DNA of 64,000 nt from Octopus vulgaris. Lineage: Eukaryota. Positions 25,820-38,898 of this stretch are shown piece after piece. The stretch covers positions 68,572,001-68,636,000 of the forward strand of contig OX597832.1 of NCBI GenBank assembly GCA_951406725.2, written 5' to 3'. The notes under the pieces were generated by a model. The model searched no databases and was not told the DNA's origin. It saw nothing but the letters and a program-made list of their open reading frames with translations. How positions within the stretch are numbered: position 1 is the stretch's first letter; every line of letters begins with the position of its first letter. Position numbers and translations under genes: made by a program.

Positions 25820-27108
25820 CGAGGGACGTTCAATAAGTAATGCCTCTGACCCACTTGCAGTTGTTTGATCTAGCTGAAATTTTGCATGTGCAATCATTTA
25901 TATCTCTATAGAGTAAGTGGCAAATTACAGCTCTGAATTAATTGTGGTTTCTGATTTACAGGTGTTTGAACAGAGTCAAGTGTGAAATGGAGCCTGTTGA
26001 GTGTCGAGCAGTGATCCAGTTTTTGTATTTGAAAGGATGCACATCACGGGAGACTTTTGATGAAATGAAAGTAACTTATGGTGATGATGCCCCATCATAT
26101 GACCTTGTAAAATGCTGGCATCATGAATTCAAACATGGTCAGAACTCTGTGGAAACAGCTCCCAGATCTGGTTGCCCCTTCTGCCATTGATGACGCATCT
26201 GTCTGTGAAGTTGAGGCTGCCATTTTGGAAGATCGACGCATAATTATTCGCTAAATAGCCCATGAGGTCAAGATTAGTACCGGGTCTGTGGAAACTATCA
26301 TTCATGACCATTTGCATATGCAAAAGGTGTCTGCCAGATGGATTCCCAGGTTGCTCACGCCTTTCCAGAAACAAGAACGCATCGAGTGCTCGAGGGTGAA
26401 TTTGGAGATGTGCCAAGAAGATGAGTCAAAATTTTTCAAAAGACTGATTACACAGGATGAAACCTGGGTCCATCACGATGATCCAGAGACCAAAGCCCAG
26501 TCAATGCAGTGGAAGCACCGTGACTCACCCCCTCCAAAGAAGGCAAGGGTGCAGCCCTCCGCTGGCAAGGTCATGCTCACAGTCTTCTGGGACCAGGACG
26601 GAGTAGTGATGACAGATTTCCTGGCAAAGGGTACCACAATTGCAGGAGCCTATTATGCTTCACTTTTGAGGATATTAAGAGAAGTTATCAAAATCAAGAG
26701 GCGGGGCAAGATCAGCAAAGGCATCCTCCTCCTGCAGGACAACGCTCCGGTCCACAACTCACTTGTCGCCAGATCAGAAGCACAGGCGTATGGCTATGAA
26801 CTCCTCCCCCATCCCCCTACTTTCATGACCTTGCACCCTCTGATTTTCATCTCTTCCCAGTCATGAAGTTGTTTTTGAAAGGAAAGCGTTTCCCAGATGA
26901 TGCAGCCTTGATTTCTGAAGTCACGTTCAGGTTGGAGGACCAAGCTGGGGTCTTCTACAAAAACGGTCTCCAGAGCTGCATCAAACAATGGGAGAAATGC
27001 GTAACTCTGGATGGTTCCTATGTAGAAAAGACTAATAACTGTGCCAAGTTTCGTTGCTCTACTGCTATGGGAAGTGGGTCAGGGGCATTACTTATTGAAC
27101 GCCCCTCG
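25820..27108 (+). mobile_element. Full-length mariner DNA transposon (1289 bp)
   Basis: 37-bp TIRs cgaggg(a/g)cgttcaataagtaatgcc(t/c)ctgacccactt with 2 mismatches, and TA duplication at both ends. Confidence 0.97.
25987..27036 (+). pseudogene. Mariner DD34D transposase, frameshifted with a premature stop
   Basis: WIPRLL, ITQDETW, LQDNAPVH and HPP...DLAPSDFHLF motifs are split across three ORFs (25942, 26288, 26863). Confidence 0.95.
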
Positions 27109-27825
27109 TATGTAAGGTGGTAATCTTGATCTCCAACTTTACATGTAAATTGTGCTATAACTCATAATACTCTGTTATTTACCTTGTGAAGATCTCTCAT
27201 AAGGAATTGTGGTGCATAACAAAAATGTGTAATTATATCACTGACAGATGAGAATTGTCTTTGATGTTTACCAGAGCTGCCAAATCCTGTGGTCAGATTC
27301 AGCAATGACTATATTGAATTTGTGAGAAATTTTCTTTCTTATGATATAAAAATCTTTAAAAAATTATGTTCTTTTTAAAGTGAAAATTAATGAAAAATTT
27401 ATCACTTTTATATTTCATAACAATTATCTGTCCTATCCCCATCGATTTCTATTTCAAACTGAAGTGAAAGATGTCCTCTTCATGACAGCATGAATTTCAA
27501 CACAAATCAAGCTACAGCACTCCCCATGCATTGAACTAGAATGATGGCTATTGTTCAGCAGACAAAAGAAGAAGAAAGAGAAAAAACAGGGCACACTTTG
27601 TAAATGGGTGGAAATACCAGGGTGAGTGAAGGCTCCTGGCATATGTAAGTGTCAGATTTTGATTTGAATGATATCAGAAAAAAGTTCAAAATCAGAAGTT
27701 TTAAATTATAAAATTTTTCACAGAAAAAAAATGATTTTGGCATAAAAATGATCAAGCAAAAAGTGTGTCTTTGTGTCGTTAAACTGTGCTTGGCTCTCTT
27801 CTGTGGTGCTCTATAGTGATACCTA

Positions 27826-27866
<41 letters not shown>

Positions 27867-29714
27867 GTGTGTGTGTGTGTGTGTGTATGTGTCTGTGTGT
27901 GTGTCTGTGTGTGTGTCTGTGTTAAACGATGATGATGAGGATGATGAGATATATATATATATCATTTGTTTTGCTGCATTCTTTTAGAAATCCTCCTTTA
28001 TATCTCTGCATATGTACACTCTGAGCATATTTTTAAAAACAAGATCAAATTTGGAATATATTTGGAATAAATACCATTCTTAGGGTTTCTATTTCTCAGT
28101 GGCATTTCCTTTTATAATCAATTCAATAATTTGCTTCAAGAAACAAAGAACCTGTTGTTGTTGAGCATATCAATGTGAGCCTTGTAGTAAGCTTTTGCTG
28201 GAAGATCCATTTTCATCTTCACCAGATCATTATCCGGCAGCATAGTGACAGGTATCAACTTGTTTATTACTTAACTAACTAAACATGATAAATCTCTTCT
28301 CCTTTTTCTTTTCTATTTAGTATTTGCAGTCCAACCCTTGCTAGCATGGAAAGCAGACGCTAAACGATCCTATACCAAAACTCTCTTCTCTTTCTCCCAG
28401 TCTTTATGTTTACATCTTCAACTCACTAGGATTATCATTTGGCTTTTTGTTTGTTTGATTGTTTGTCTATTCATTCATGTATTTATTCAGTAATTGCACT
28501 GCAGGCATTCTGTTCCTCTGCAGTATAATGCGAAAGAAATGGAAAATAGCTAAATGGCAGCAGTTGTTTACCTGCATGAATTAGACATGGACAGGAATTC
28601 ACATATCCACAGACATGCAGAAACATCATGTATGAGTGTGCATTTGTGTGTGTGTGTGTGTGGGGGGGTATATATGCATTTAGAAAGAGAGAGATGGAGA
28701 CATAGTAATAGAGTGTTGATTACATTAATATCAGCATACAGTTGGTTGCTAATTAACTCTCATTTGAATATTAAATCTTGCAAAATATCTTACCAAATTT
28801 GAAAATTGAGTGTTTCTCAGTTGTCTGACTAATGGTGATCTAGTTGTCTGATTAACTGTATTATCTGCTGTTGATTTATCACGTGAGTAGTTGTCTATTT
28901 CATAGACATGTGTACCCAAACTGTCCAACCCACACCAGCATAAGAAAACAGATGTTAAACAATGATGACAAGGATAATGATGACGACGACGATGATGATT
29001 CAGTATTATACAGTGCACAATAAGCTGCACCTTTTGAGTGACAGGTAAAATCCAATTCACAGACATTGATACCGTTTCCATTCAGCCACCCATTTTCACC
29101 CACAGGATATAGGAAGACCCAACTCTATAGAAAATGGCATGACATATCTGCCCAAGATGCCACCCATTGGGATTGGACCCAGGACTTTGTGGTTGTGAAA
29201 TGACCTCTTAATCATTCAATTATGCTGCACCTCCTAGAAGTAAACCATACAAACATTACAAAGAAACTATGCCAACTCTGCATATTAGAGAAATATGAAA
29301 GTGTATTTGCAATAGTTTTTTTATTAACTAGAAATGCAGGACTTGTTTTTTCCTACATGCACTGAAAGTATAGTCCACTGCAATATTTTGAATCTATAGA
29401 TTTCTGGATCAAGTGGAACTTGCTTCGTTATTTTAACAAATAACCCTTTTTTTGTAAAACACTTGTTTAGTTATCAATGATTTGTATCAATAATTGAATA
29501 TCTATAACTGAATTTACATTAATGACATGCACACTAATCTTCAATGCATTTCAACGTGTATAATAATAATCTTCATAATCTTCTAGCCTGCATGTGTGTG
29601 TATGTGAGTGTGTGTGTGCATGCAAGCATATGAGTACACACGTGTGTGCCTGTGCATGTATGTGTGTATTTAGGTATGTGTGTGTATGTATTATATATAT
29701 ATATATATATATAT

Positions 29715-29768
<54 letters not shown>

Positions 29769-30667
29769 GGTGTTAAGCCCTCTAAGGGATAAAAGCATCC
29801 AGAGGCACTCCTGGTAATTACCTCAGTAAATATGGTCCTTGTTATAAGGTATATGATAGCAGGTAATTTAAGAGGTAAACCATAGTGTAATGTATATATT
29901 GTATAAACTTTTTGAAACAAATGATATATATATATATATACATATACATTAAACTACGTCTATATATATATATATATCTGATTTGTTTGAGCAGTTCATT
30001 ACAACAATGACATTGCATCTGTTTAAATCTGATCAGAGATTCTTTGTACAGACTTCTACATCACATGAAGAATAACCAATTCCTCAAACCAGCATCCATT
30101 TACAATCAATGCTGCTTCATAAACAGCCTCAATCACTTTCATCTGATGCTTCAATCCATTTTGTGTCCTCCCAGTAAATTTTTCTAATTTCGTTCTTCTC
30201 TTCTGGAATAGATAAATTTCTTAGAAGAAATGTATTCAGAAAATTGAAACTGGACTCTACTTTTCAAACCCTCACAAAGTGGCATAATTCAGATTTTTGA
30301 GACTTATTTCTGATTTCTGTAGCAATGAGAAAATTATTTGCTAGATGTAACATTGCAGTTAATTAAAATAAATTCATAAGTTAATTTATTATGAGAAGAA
30401 TTCAGTTTGATACAAGATGTGGCAAAATAGGATTTTCAACAGAGCATCATATGAAATGCCCTGCAGAAATTCTTCCAGCATTTTGGGGTTTTGATTTTAA
30501 ATTCTACCATATGTACTTTTAAACCAACTGTTTCTCTTTAATGCTTAAAATTTCATTCACTTCCAAAATTATGAATTAGCCAACTCTTAGCCATGACGTC
30601 AAATGACACTCTACTGCATCCATAAGGTAAAGACACATTAGACAACGTAGTCCTAGATACATATATA

Positions 30668-30829
30668 CTGTATTTTAACGTGTATATGGAACCCCCTAAT
30701 TTTGGGGGCTTAAAATTTGGAAAAAAGGTTTCATAAGGGATTATAATACAATCCATGTATAAGAAACTACCATAATTTTTAACCTAATTTTTGACGAAAA
30801 AGGGTTTCCTTATACACGTTAAAATATGG
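30668..30829. mobile_element. 162-bp pogo/Tc2-type MITE
   Basis: TIRs ctgtattttaacgtgtata / tatacacgttaaaatatgg (CCGTATTT-type, CpG-decayed) with TA on both sides. Confidence 0.85.
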
Positions 30830-31947
30830 TAATAAATGGGATCATGGCTGGATTGATTCCCATCACAGAAATGATTAACTGCAGTAGATCTGTGGATGAA
30901 TAATAATTTGCCACTAGGAATGAGGCCAAGAATTTTATGGGGAAAGAACAGATGTAAATATTGACCCTAGAAATTGACTGCTACTTTATTTTGTGAATCC
31001 GTTGAAGGATGAGAAGCAAAGATGGCCAGTGTGAGATATGAATTCAGGAAGTAAAGGGTTCCAAATAAATTTCACAAGGACTTTGACCAAGTTTCTAAGG
31101 ATTCAGGGAGAAAAAAAACAACTAATGAGAGAGTCAACCTATGGCTATTTGACTGGCAAAACATTGCAACTAAATGCCCTTTCAATAACAAGCAACCGTC
31201 TTCCAGAGATTTTAGGATAATGGAATGTTATCCTCGTTTCAGTCATTAGGTTATGGTCATGCTGGGGCACCATTTGAAGGGTTTTTAGTTGACCAAATTG
31301 CCTCTTGTACTTAATGTTTTAAAGTTTGGTACTTTTTTATCAGTCTCTTTTGCTGAACTGCTAGACTAAAGGGATGTAAGCAAACCAACACGTGTGTCAA
31401 GCAGTGAGGTGAGAAGGCAAACATTGACATTGAAACACATACATACATATATATATATACAATGGGCTTCCACTGAGTTTCCATCAACGAAATTCTTTCA
31501 GAAGGCTCAGGGCTATAGTAGAAGACACTTGCCCAGGGTGTTGTGCAGTGGGACTGAACCCAGAACCATGTGGATGCAAAGCTTCTTATTCACACTGCCA
31601 CACCTATGCCAGTTAGTACAAAAAGCAAATAGAAAACAAATAGGACGCAGTGACCACTAACGGAAAGCTTTTCATCTGGGAGTTAAACAATAATAAAATC
31701 TACTACAACAACCATAATGGCCTACATACAGCAGTGATGACATTGTGTTTCTGTTTTAATAAAATATATAAAATCAAAAGGAAGGGGAAATGATTGATAT
31801 AAAACCAAAAGAAAGAAAATGGAGAGGAATGGGGTAAATAAAGAGATAGAAATAAATCACCGGAAGAGAAAATCTGAAGATAAAAGGCTTCATTTTTGTG
31901 CTCTGGTTATATAAGAGAGAGAGAGAGAGGGAGAGAGAGAGAAAAAA

Positions 31948-31982
<35 letters not shown>

Positions 31983-32490
31983 TAAGAAATCTCTAAAATA
32001 GTGTTAGCATTAATGAAATTATGATGTATGCAAATGAAGACCATCAAATCAGAATTTATTATAAATATATAAAACAAAACATCCCCCACCAAAAAAAAAT
32101 TAAGAAGGAATCAAATAGCAACACTGATGATGATGGTGATGAGGAGGAGTAGGAAAAGGAGAGCAAGAAGATAAGGAAGATGGACAACAACAAAATATGT
32201 AGCCATCAATAACAATTAGATGAAGGGCTTCTATATATGTGTGTGTTTATTTGTGTGTGGCATATGCATACATATATACATACATACATACATATAAATA
32301 TGTATATATATATGCGTTTAAATATTTGTTGTGCAAGATTTTTTATGTGAAGTCGTGAGTTGAAACAGATATTGTTATATTTCGGAATGGTCATTTTGCC
32401 AGTTTAGCCAATAAAAACACACACACTATATATTTGGTGTTATTTTGCTTCAGTATTATTTATTTTTTACATTAATCTTAAGCTTATTTC

Positions 32491-32535
32491 GGCCAGAGCT
32501 CTTTCGTCACACTCCTGTGACCGCATCAGTGGTCC
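32491..32535 (-). ncRNA. Variant minimal type I hammerhead in the PLE pLTR
   Basis: Minus strand: ggacca CTGATGCG gtcaca-ggag-tgtgac GAAA gagc TC tggcc. Non-canonical core segment, perfect 6-bp stem II, near-absent stem III. Confidence 0.7.
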
Positions 32536-32863
32536 TTTGTTTTCTTCTTTCTTATTTGTGTCTCTCCTTACTAACCGTCAGCCATTTTGTATTTCTATTG
32601 TATGTCTTCATTTGCGCATGCTTATATCTCTATGTGCGTTTATGTTTATTTAGTGTGTGTATGTGGGGGGATGGCTGTAATATTTGTATCTTCTGTTTAT
32701 ATATGTTCATGTAATTTGTATTTTGTCTTTGTTGTTTTTGTTTATTCTTATTTTGTTCATGTGTTTACATCCACTTATTATTATCATTACATATGCTTGT
32801 ATGTATGTATGTATGTATAACAACAATACTAGTAATAATAATAATAAATCGAATCGAAAAAAA

Positions 32864-32902
<39 letters not shown>

Positions 32903-32964
32903 GTTATTTATTTCTATTAGTTTATTTATCTGTGTATTTATTATGTTTTCACGATCCTCTATGG

Positions 32965-33985
32965 TCATATGTTGTGGTTTGTGTTAGTGCTCCATTCTAG
33001 TTTTCTATTCAGGCTAGGTTTATTTTCTATTATGTGTGTAGCTTCTGTAATTTGTCTAATTGTTGCATATGATCTATGTGTGGATAATATTTTAATTTCT
33101 ATGTTATTGATTGATCCCCCGTGTTCCTGTTTGGCGTGTTGGTACAGAATCGATGAGCTTTTACCTTCCTTGAGTTGTCTCAAATGCTCATTTACCCACT
33201 CTCCTATGCTTCTTGCCGTTTCCCCTATGTATGTTGTTGTCTTGTTACTGCATCGTCCCTCTATACATCTTATACTATAGACTACATTTCTGGCTTTACA
33301 GTTTGTTTGTGGGCTAAATCTACATACAGTACAGTACTTATCCGTACAGGGGGTTCTACTAAAAGGATAGGTTCTACCAATTATAGATTTGATAGGGTTG
33401 CCTGGCTTTTCAACAACCTTAATTCTTAGCTTAAGTTTGTCTAGGGTCCTTCTAAAGCGGTACGCCAGTTCACCTCCAGGGGTGGTGTCAACGAACATGA
33501 CACTCTGATATTTATGGCTATCATACCAAGAGTTGGCCTTCCCTATTTTCTTTTTTGTCCTTTCTATAGTGTTCCATGACTTGTTCCTATAGAGTGGGCA
33601 AATCCCATTCCTATCATTACATAATATATTATCAAATTTCTTAATGGCTCCTTTGTATACTCTGATCCTTTCTTTATGGCTGTAACCTGAGAACTGCATG
33701 CGGTGAATGAAATATTGTATGTGTCTCTTTAACTCTGTAGGCTCACACATGCGTGACCCATTTCTCATTATTCTGACGAGGGCTGCCATCAAAATATTGA
33801 ATTTGGCATTGTCCGCAATGGCTGAGTTGCGGTGGATCAAGTATTTTGAGGCCATAGGTTTGGCATAGTATGAATGAAGGATTTGGGTTTTATTATTCAC
33901 AATTTCTAGCCAGAGTTCGGTGTCTAGTACTGGTAGTCTATGGTTGGGGTGTTTAGTGGGGTAGTCTATTGTGACCTTAATACTT
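32965..33985 (-). pseudogene. PLE polyprotein C-terminus: RT end/thumb, Cys-rich linker, GIY-YIG endonuclease
   Basis: Frame is open upstream of the listed ORF (…HRLPVLDTELW…, LPFLD-like). YYAKPMAS; CTDKYCTVC…NCKARNVVYSIRC…YIGETARSIGEWVNEH…LYQH…RQITEA..I…PSLNRK. Confidence 0.92.
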
Positions 33986-35391
33986 GATCCACCGGAACTC
34001 AGCCATTGCGGACAATGCCAAGTTCAATATTTTGATGGCAGCATATGTGTGTTTTGTGTTTATTGGTATTACATAATTCAGTAATTTATTAATGATGCAT
34101 TTTAATCGATCCACGTCTGATCAACTACAATAGTACAGAGATCTGGAATTAAATGCCAACATATCCACCTGAAACATACCCATCTTCTATCCTGTATTAC
34201 TAATCTTTTATTCTTTAAATAACATTTCTACATATATATTTGTGTTGTGTGTGTGTGTGTATGTACGTACGTATGTATGTGTAGTCAAACGTCAAAATAA
34301 AGCAGGATTAGTAATCCAGGCAAAATAATACAAGCACTCTACACATAAAAATTCACTGGGCTAAGCAACAAGTCCTAAGGTTGATGCTGGAATCCAAGCA
34401 ATCTGAATCTAAGTCTGTTACCAGTCAAATTCATAAGTCTATGGTCAGCAAAGAACTGGTCAGTTACTGCAAATTGATGTGAGTTCACTTTAGCCCTGAA
34501 AAGGACAAAAGCAGGGCTGTTGTGTTCTCTCATTTCTCTTGATTGATCATGGACTGCTGAATTAATGAAACTGATCTACAGAAGTGAATTCCTCCAAATG
34601 CTTCCCTACAGCAACTGGCGGCCCTCACAGAAGATATAGAATTTATTATCTGTGTGAATTTTAAATATATATAAAAGAATTCATAATCCAGGTGAAGTAC
34701 TTTATAAGTTCTCAGTACAAGAGTATACACCAAGCTAGCAAATCTGTTTTGGAATAAATATAGCAAAGAAAGGAATCCAAACTGAACAGTCACCAGTCAA
34801 CTTTATAAATCTGAGACATGATCACCAAGTAAGAGTGGTAAGACCTTGTTACAGAGTAACAGTGCTTTGTGTTCGTAGGCAGCCGGAGCTTTGAACTGTT
34901 CTCTGGTCTGATGAAGTGACCTTATGTCTACATGTGTCTCATGGAATTTATGTGTATGCATGTATATGTACATGTGTATACATGTATATATGTTAATGTA
35001 TTTTCTGAGAGTGTGTACACATATATACATGTATATTCAAGTATGTGTCTGCTTGTGTGTGTGCAAAATAATGTCATTGTTCCTCTGATGATGACCATTG
35101 CCTTTGGGCTGAGAAGCTTAAAAGAATAAAAAGAATCATCATCATCATCATCATCATCATTATTTATTGTCTGCTTTCCATGCTGGCATGGGTTTGACAG
35201 TTTGACAGGAGGTGGCTAGGTGAAGACTGCACAAGGCTTCAATGTCTGTTTGGGCATGGTTTTTACAGCTGCATGCCCCATCTCTATTGCTGAACTGCTA
35301 AGTTACGGGGACATAAACATACTGACATTGGTTGTCAAGCAACAATGGAGGGACAAACACAGACACGCAAACATATGCATATCTATCTATA

Positions 35392-35590
35392 TATAAATTA
35401 AAAAAAACAAAGAACAAACACAAAAAACACAGCAAAAACAACAACGCAAGGTTGTGGTAGACGTAAAGTATTAGCATACCCTCAGGGAAAGAAAGAAAGG
35501 TGGTTTTACATTTTGAGCAAAGCTCTTCTTCAGAAACAAAGGAATGTCCAATAGAAAAGAAAGATGGAGGAAAAAAATCGCCAATGATTC
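35392..35590 (-). mobile_element. Short HHR-bearing repeat (decayed HHR 35503-35537) nested in the TA tract of a CORE-like SINE
   Basis: gttt CTGAAGAA gagc-ttt-gctc aAAA tg TA aaac equals GAAACGUA after restoring two CpG transitions. SINE halves lie on either side. Confidence 0.7.
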
Positions 35591-36187
35591 ACTGGACTTC
35601 TTTCAGATTCTGTCTACCAAATCCATTCACAAGGCTTTGGTCAGCTCAAGGCTATAAGAGAAGATACTTGCCCAAGGTGCCATGGCGTGGGACTGAACCT
35701 CAAACCATGTGGTTGATACGCAAGCTTCTTACGATACAGCCACGCCTGTACATTAAATATATATGTGTGTGTGTGTGTGTGTGTTTGTGTGTGTGAGAAG
35801 TATTTAGGCATAGCAGTTATCAAAAGGATATACCAAAGAGTAGTAATTTCCATTGATAATGGCTTCAGAGCTGGAAATGCTGTGACTGGGCATGTATGGT
35901 GTTTTCATATCATTTACCATAAAAGAGAATTTTTTCACCATGGTAACTGCCGTGAATTTGCCTTCACAATTTGAAATAATATGTCATAAACATATTTTAA
36001 CTCACCTAAAGTCCACATATATTCTTTTATTTATTAGTTTTTTTATTTGTTTCAGTCATTTGACTGTAGCCATGCTGGAGCACTGCCTTTGTCGAACAAA
36101 TCGACCCTAGGACTTATTATTTGTTTTTCTAGACTGCTATGCCTAAATACTGCTTGGCACTGATACTGCTGAATATAAATATATATA

Positions 36188-36442
36188 GAGTTGCTGAAGC
36201 ATGGAACAAACTGCTGGTATCAGTTGTTAGTTGTCGGAGCACTGCATCCTTCAAAACTTCCATGCTTTCTGTGATTCACCAACACTACACCTGATTTTCT
36301 CCCCTCCATTCACACACAAGCATGTATCTGACTCATACATTGTTCGCTCTCAAGACATTTGTACATTACTGCATGTACTTTATACGCACTTTCTGACAAG
36401 TTGTGGTGCACCTGAGCACTGTATACAATAATTTCATTATTA
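36188..36442 (+). mobile_element. CR1/L2-type LINE 3' end
   Basis: RVAEAWNKLLVSVVSCRSTASFKTSML (RVxxxWNxLP..VV....FK motif) plus a UTR ending in (ATT)n. Confidence 0.75.
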
Positions 36443-38208
36443 TATATATATAGCTTGATAATACATTTTCTGATGTCTCCTAGTTTTTATCTGTACATAT
36501 ACATCATTTTATCATACATTTAATCTGATATTTTACTCTTTTATCAAGCTGTCTGTTAAAGGTTTTACGTAAACATATACCTTTCGAAGTAATATGTTGA
36601 TTAACTCAAACAGGTGTGAAAACTATACCTATTATGATTTCATGCAACATAGATTCATAACCATTCTATGTTTTACAATTTCAAACAACATTTACAATGT
36701 GACTGGACAAACTTGAAATGATGCCAATCAGTTCATTGAAGACTTCAACATTGCTAAGGAAAATGATACCAAACAGACATATGTTATATATCTGTCATGA
36801 AAACTGTCTTTCTGTAGCAGGTATGGAAAAATAATAAAAGCGGTCTATTCCATACCATTTCAGCACCAAAACAAGACGTTAAGTGATGAACATAGGAATG
36901 GCTTATAATCAGGACATATTTACAGATTGTTTTAATTCCAATATCTTTCTCTGACCATGTGCCTCAACAAGAGGCTGTCTATATATTCAGTGCCTTCTTA
37001 ATTATGGTTTTGCCGACAGTCTTCTATGTTCTACGGTAATTTTTGAAAAGAACATGCTGAGATTGGGAAAATAATAAAACTGTGTTATATATTAAAACTG
37101 CATTTTTATGGCTTTCAAATATGTTCAATTTAATCGATTCTAATACTTCAAAATAAACACCACATGGATGAGTATGAAAATGTATATATTTATAAATATA
37201 AGCATGTGTATGTGTGTGTGCATGTGTCTGTGTGTGTATGTGTATTTGAATGTATATATGCACATAAACACATATATTTATATATATGTACACATATACA
37301 TATTTATTAGTGTATGCCTATTACACATGTGAAGAAAGAGATAGAAAGAGAGAGAAAGATATATATATAATAGAATATATACGTACATATGTACATACAT
37401 ACATACATACATACATACATACATACATACATACATACATACACATATGTATGTAACTAAGCTTTGTATAGAGAAGGAAAGAGAGAGGGATATTGAAATT
37501 ATTTTGAAGCATTATATCGATTAAATTGATTATATTTGAAACCCATAACAATGCTGTTGTAATAAAAGACAATTTTAGCAAGTTTCCTTTTAACTATTTG
37601 TGTGTATGTATGTATATATACACACATATAACATATAATGCATATATATCTACCTATGCATATCTATATTCATATACATATGTGTGTGTGTGTGAACATA
37701 TATAGATATGAATGCAAATATTGATATATGTATGTGTTAATGCTTGTGTATCTAGTACCTCCTTATGTCTTTTGAGGACATGATCTGCAGTTTTTTGTTT
37801 CTAAGAATGATTCATAGTTACCCAGGTATGCAAATCTCCTATCTTTGTGCTTCTGATGTTGTTACACAAAAATGACAAATACCAACAAAGATTGTCACAA
37901 ATGTGTATATGTATGTGTGTGGGTGTGTGGGTGTATTTGGGTTGGTACACATCAAACAAGCATGCATGTTTATGAATATCTGAATGCATTAAATATAAAA
38001 ATCAGCAAAAACATTGTAGAATACCAGAGTGAGGTCATTTAAAATGTTTAGTTTTCAGTGTCTACATCCTGAGAGGAAAACCCTTCTACAAGCTTTCCCA
38101 GCCATTGGATTTTTTCCTACAACAGAAGTTATAACCAAATACATAATTATGTAACATGGACCAATAAATTTTTATTGCTTTTAGTATATACGTAGGTATC
38201 TGTGAATA

Positions 38209-38269
<61 letters not shown>

Positions 38270-38681
38270 CATACATACAAGAAGTAATACCTCAAAATAC
38301 ATACATATACAAAAATACACTCACATGAATCCAGCAGTCACTATTTCTTGATACTAACTAGGGGATCAACACAACAAGTTAAGAAAACACACTTCCATTT
38401 CATTGTACTCCTAATGCTCAAAATTATGAGCAATATTTCTCCAAGACCAATATGGAGGGCTACTATTCAAACGATTTGACCAGGAAATATATTAGTAGTT
38501 GTGATGGCAGACACTGAGTCACCAATTTATTTGGGTAGAAAAACCATATTGATTCCTTCTATTCTAAATGTTGTTCTTTGTGACTAACTCTGTATGTGCT
38601 TGTATACATACATGTACACATATAAATACGTATACATATATGTATGTGTGTGCGTGTGTATTACCCTATGCTACTCTGTCT

Positions 38682-38859
38682 ATAGTTAATTCAAATAAAA
38701 AAATAAAAATGGATAGCATGAAGAAGTGCATAGAAGATGTATTAGCCTGATGATCAGTGAAAGGAGAGAGTTTAACATTTTGAGCATAGCTCTTTGTCAG
38801 AAAAGAGAAAGGGAAAAATCCAAAGACAGAACAGAAATCACCAATGGCACATGTGATAG

Positions 38860-38860
<1 letters not shown>
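38682..38860 (-). mobile_element. Third, diverged copy of the short HHR repeat (decayed HHR 38770-38803)
   Basis: tttt CTGACaAA gagc-tat-gctc aAAA tg TT aaac, with the same layout as the 18212 and 35392 copies. Confidence 0.55.

Positions 38861-38897
<37 letters not shown>

Positions 38898-38898
<1 letters not shown>

Larger units (their letters stand above)
32312..34042 (-). mobile_element. 5'-truncated Penelope-like retroelement 1 (ORF remnant, 3' UTR/pLTR with HHR, small 5' inversion)
   Basis: GIY-YIG ORF with a downstream same-strand HHR. 33980-34042 is an inverted copy of 33782-33844. Microsatellite flanks. Confidence 0.88.

Noticed and set aside
27558-27650. Possible small plus-strand exon (ttgttcag acceptor; gtgagt and gtaagt donors)
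   Set aside because: No recognisable peptide and no partner exons. Cannot be supported without RNA data.
35800-36150. 18-bp inverted repeat gtatttaggcatagcagt / actgctatgcctaaatac
   Set aside because: Real but short. I found no HHR, TSD or further arm homology, so it was not called as an element.
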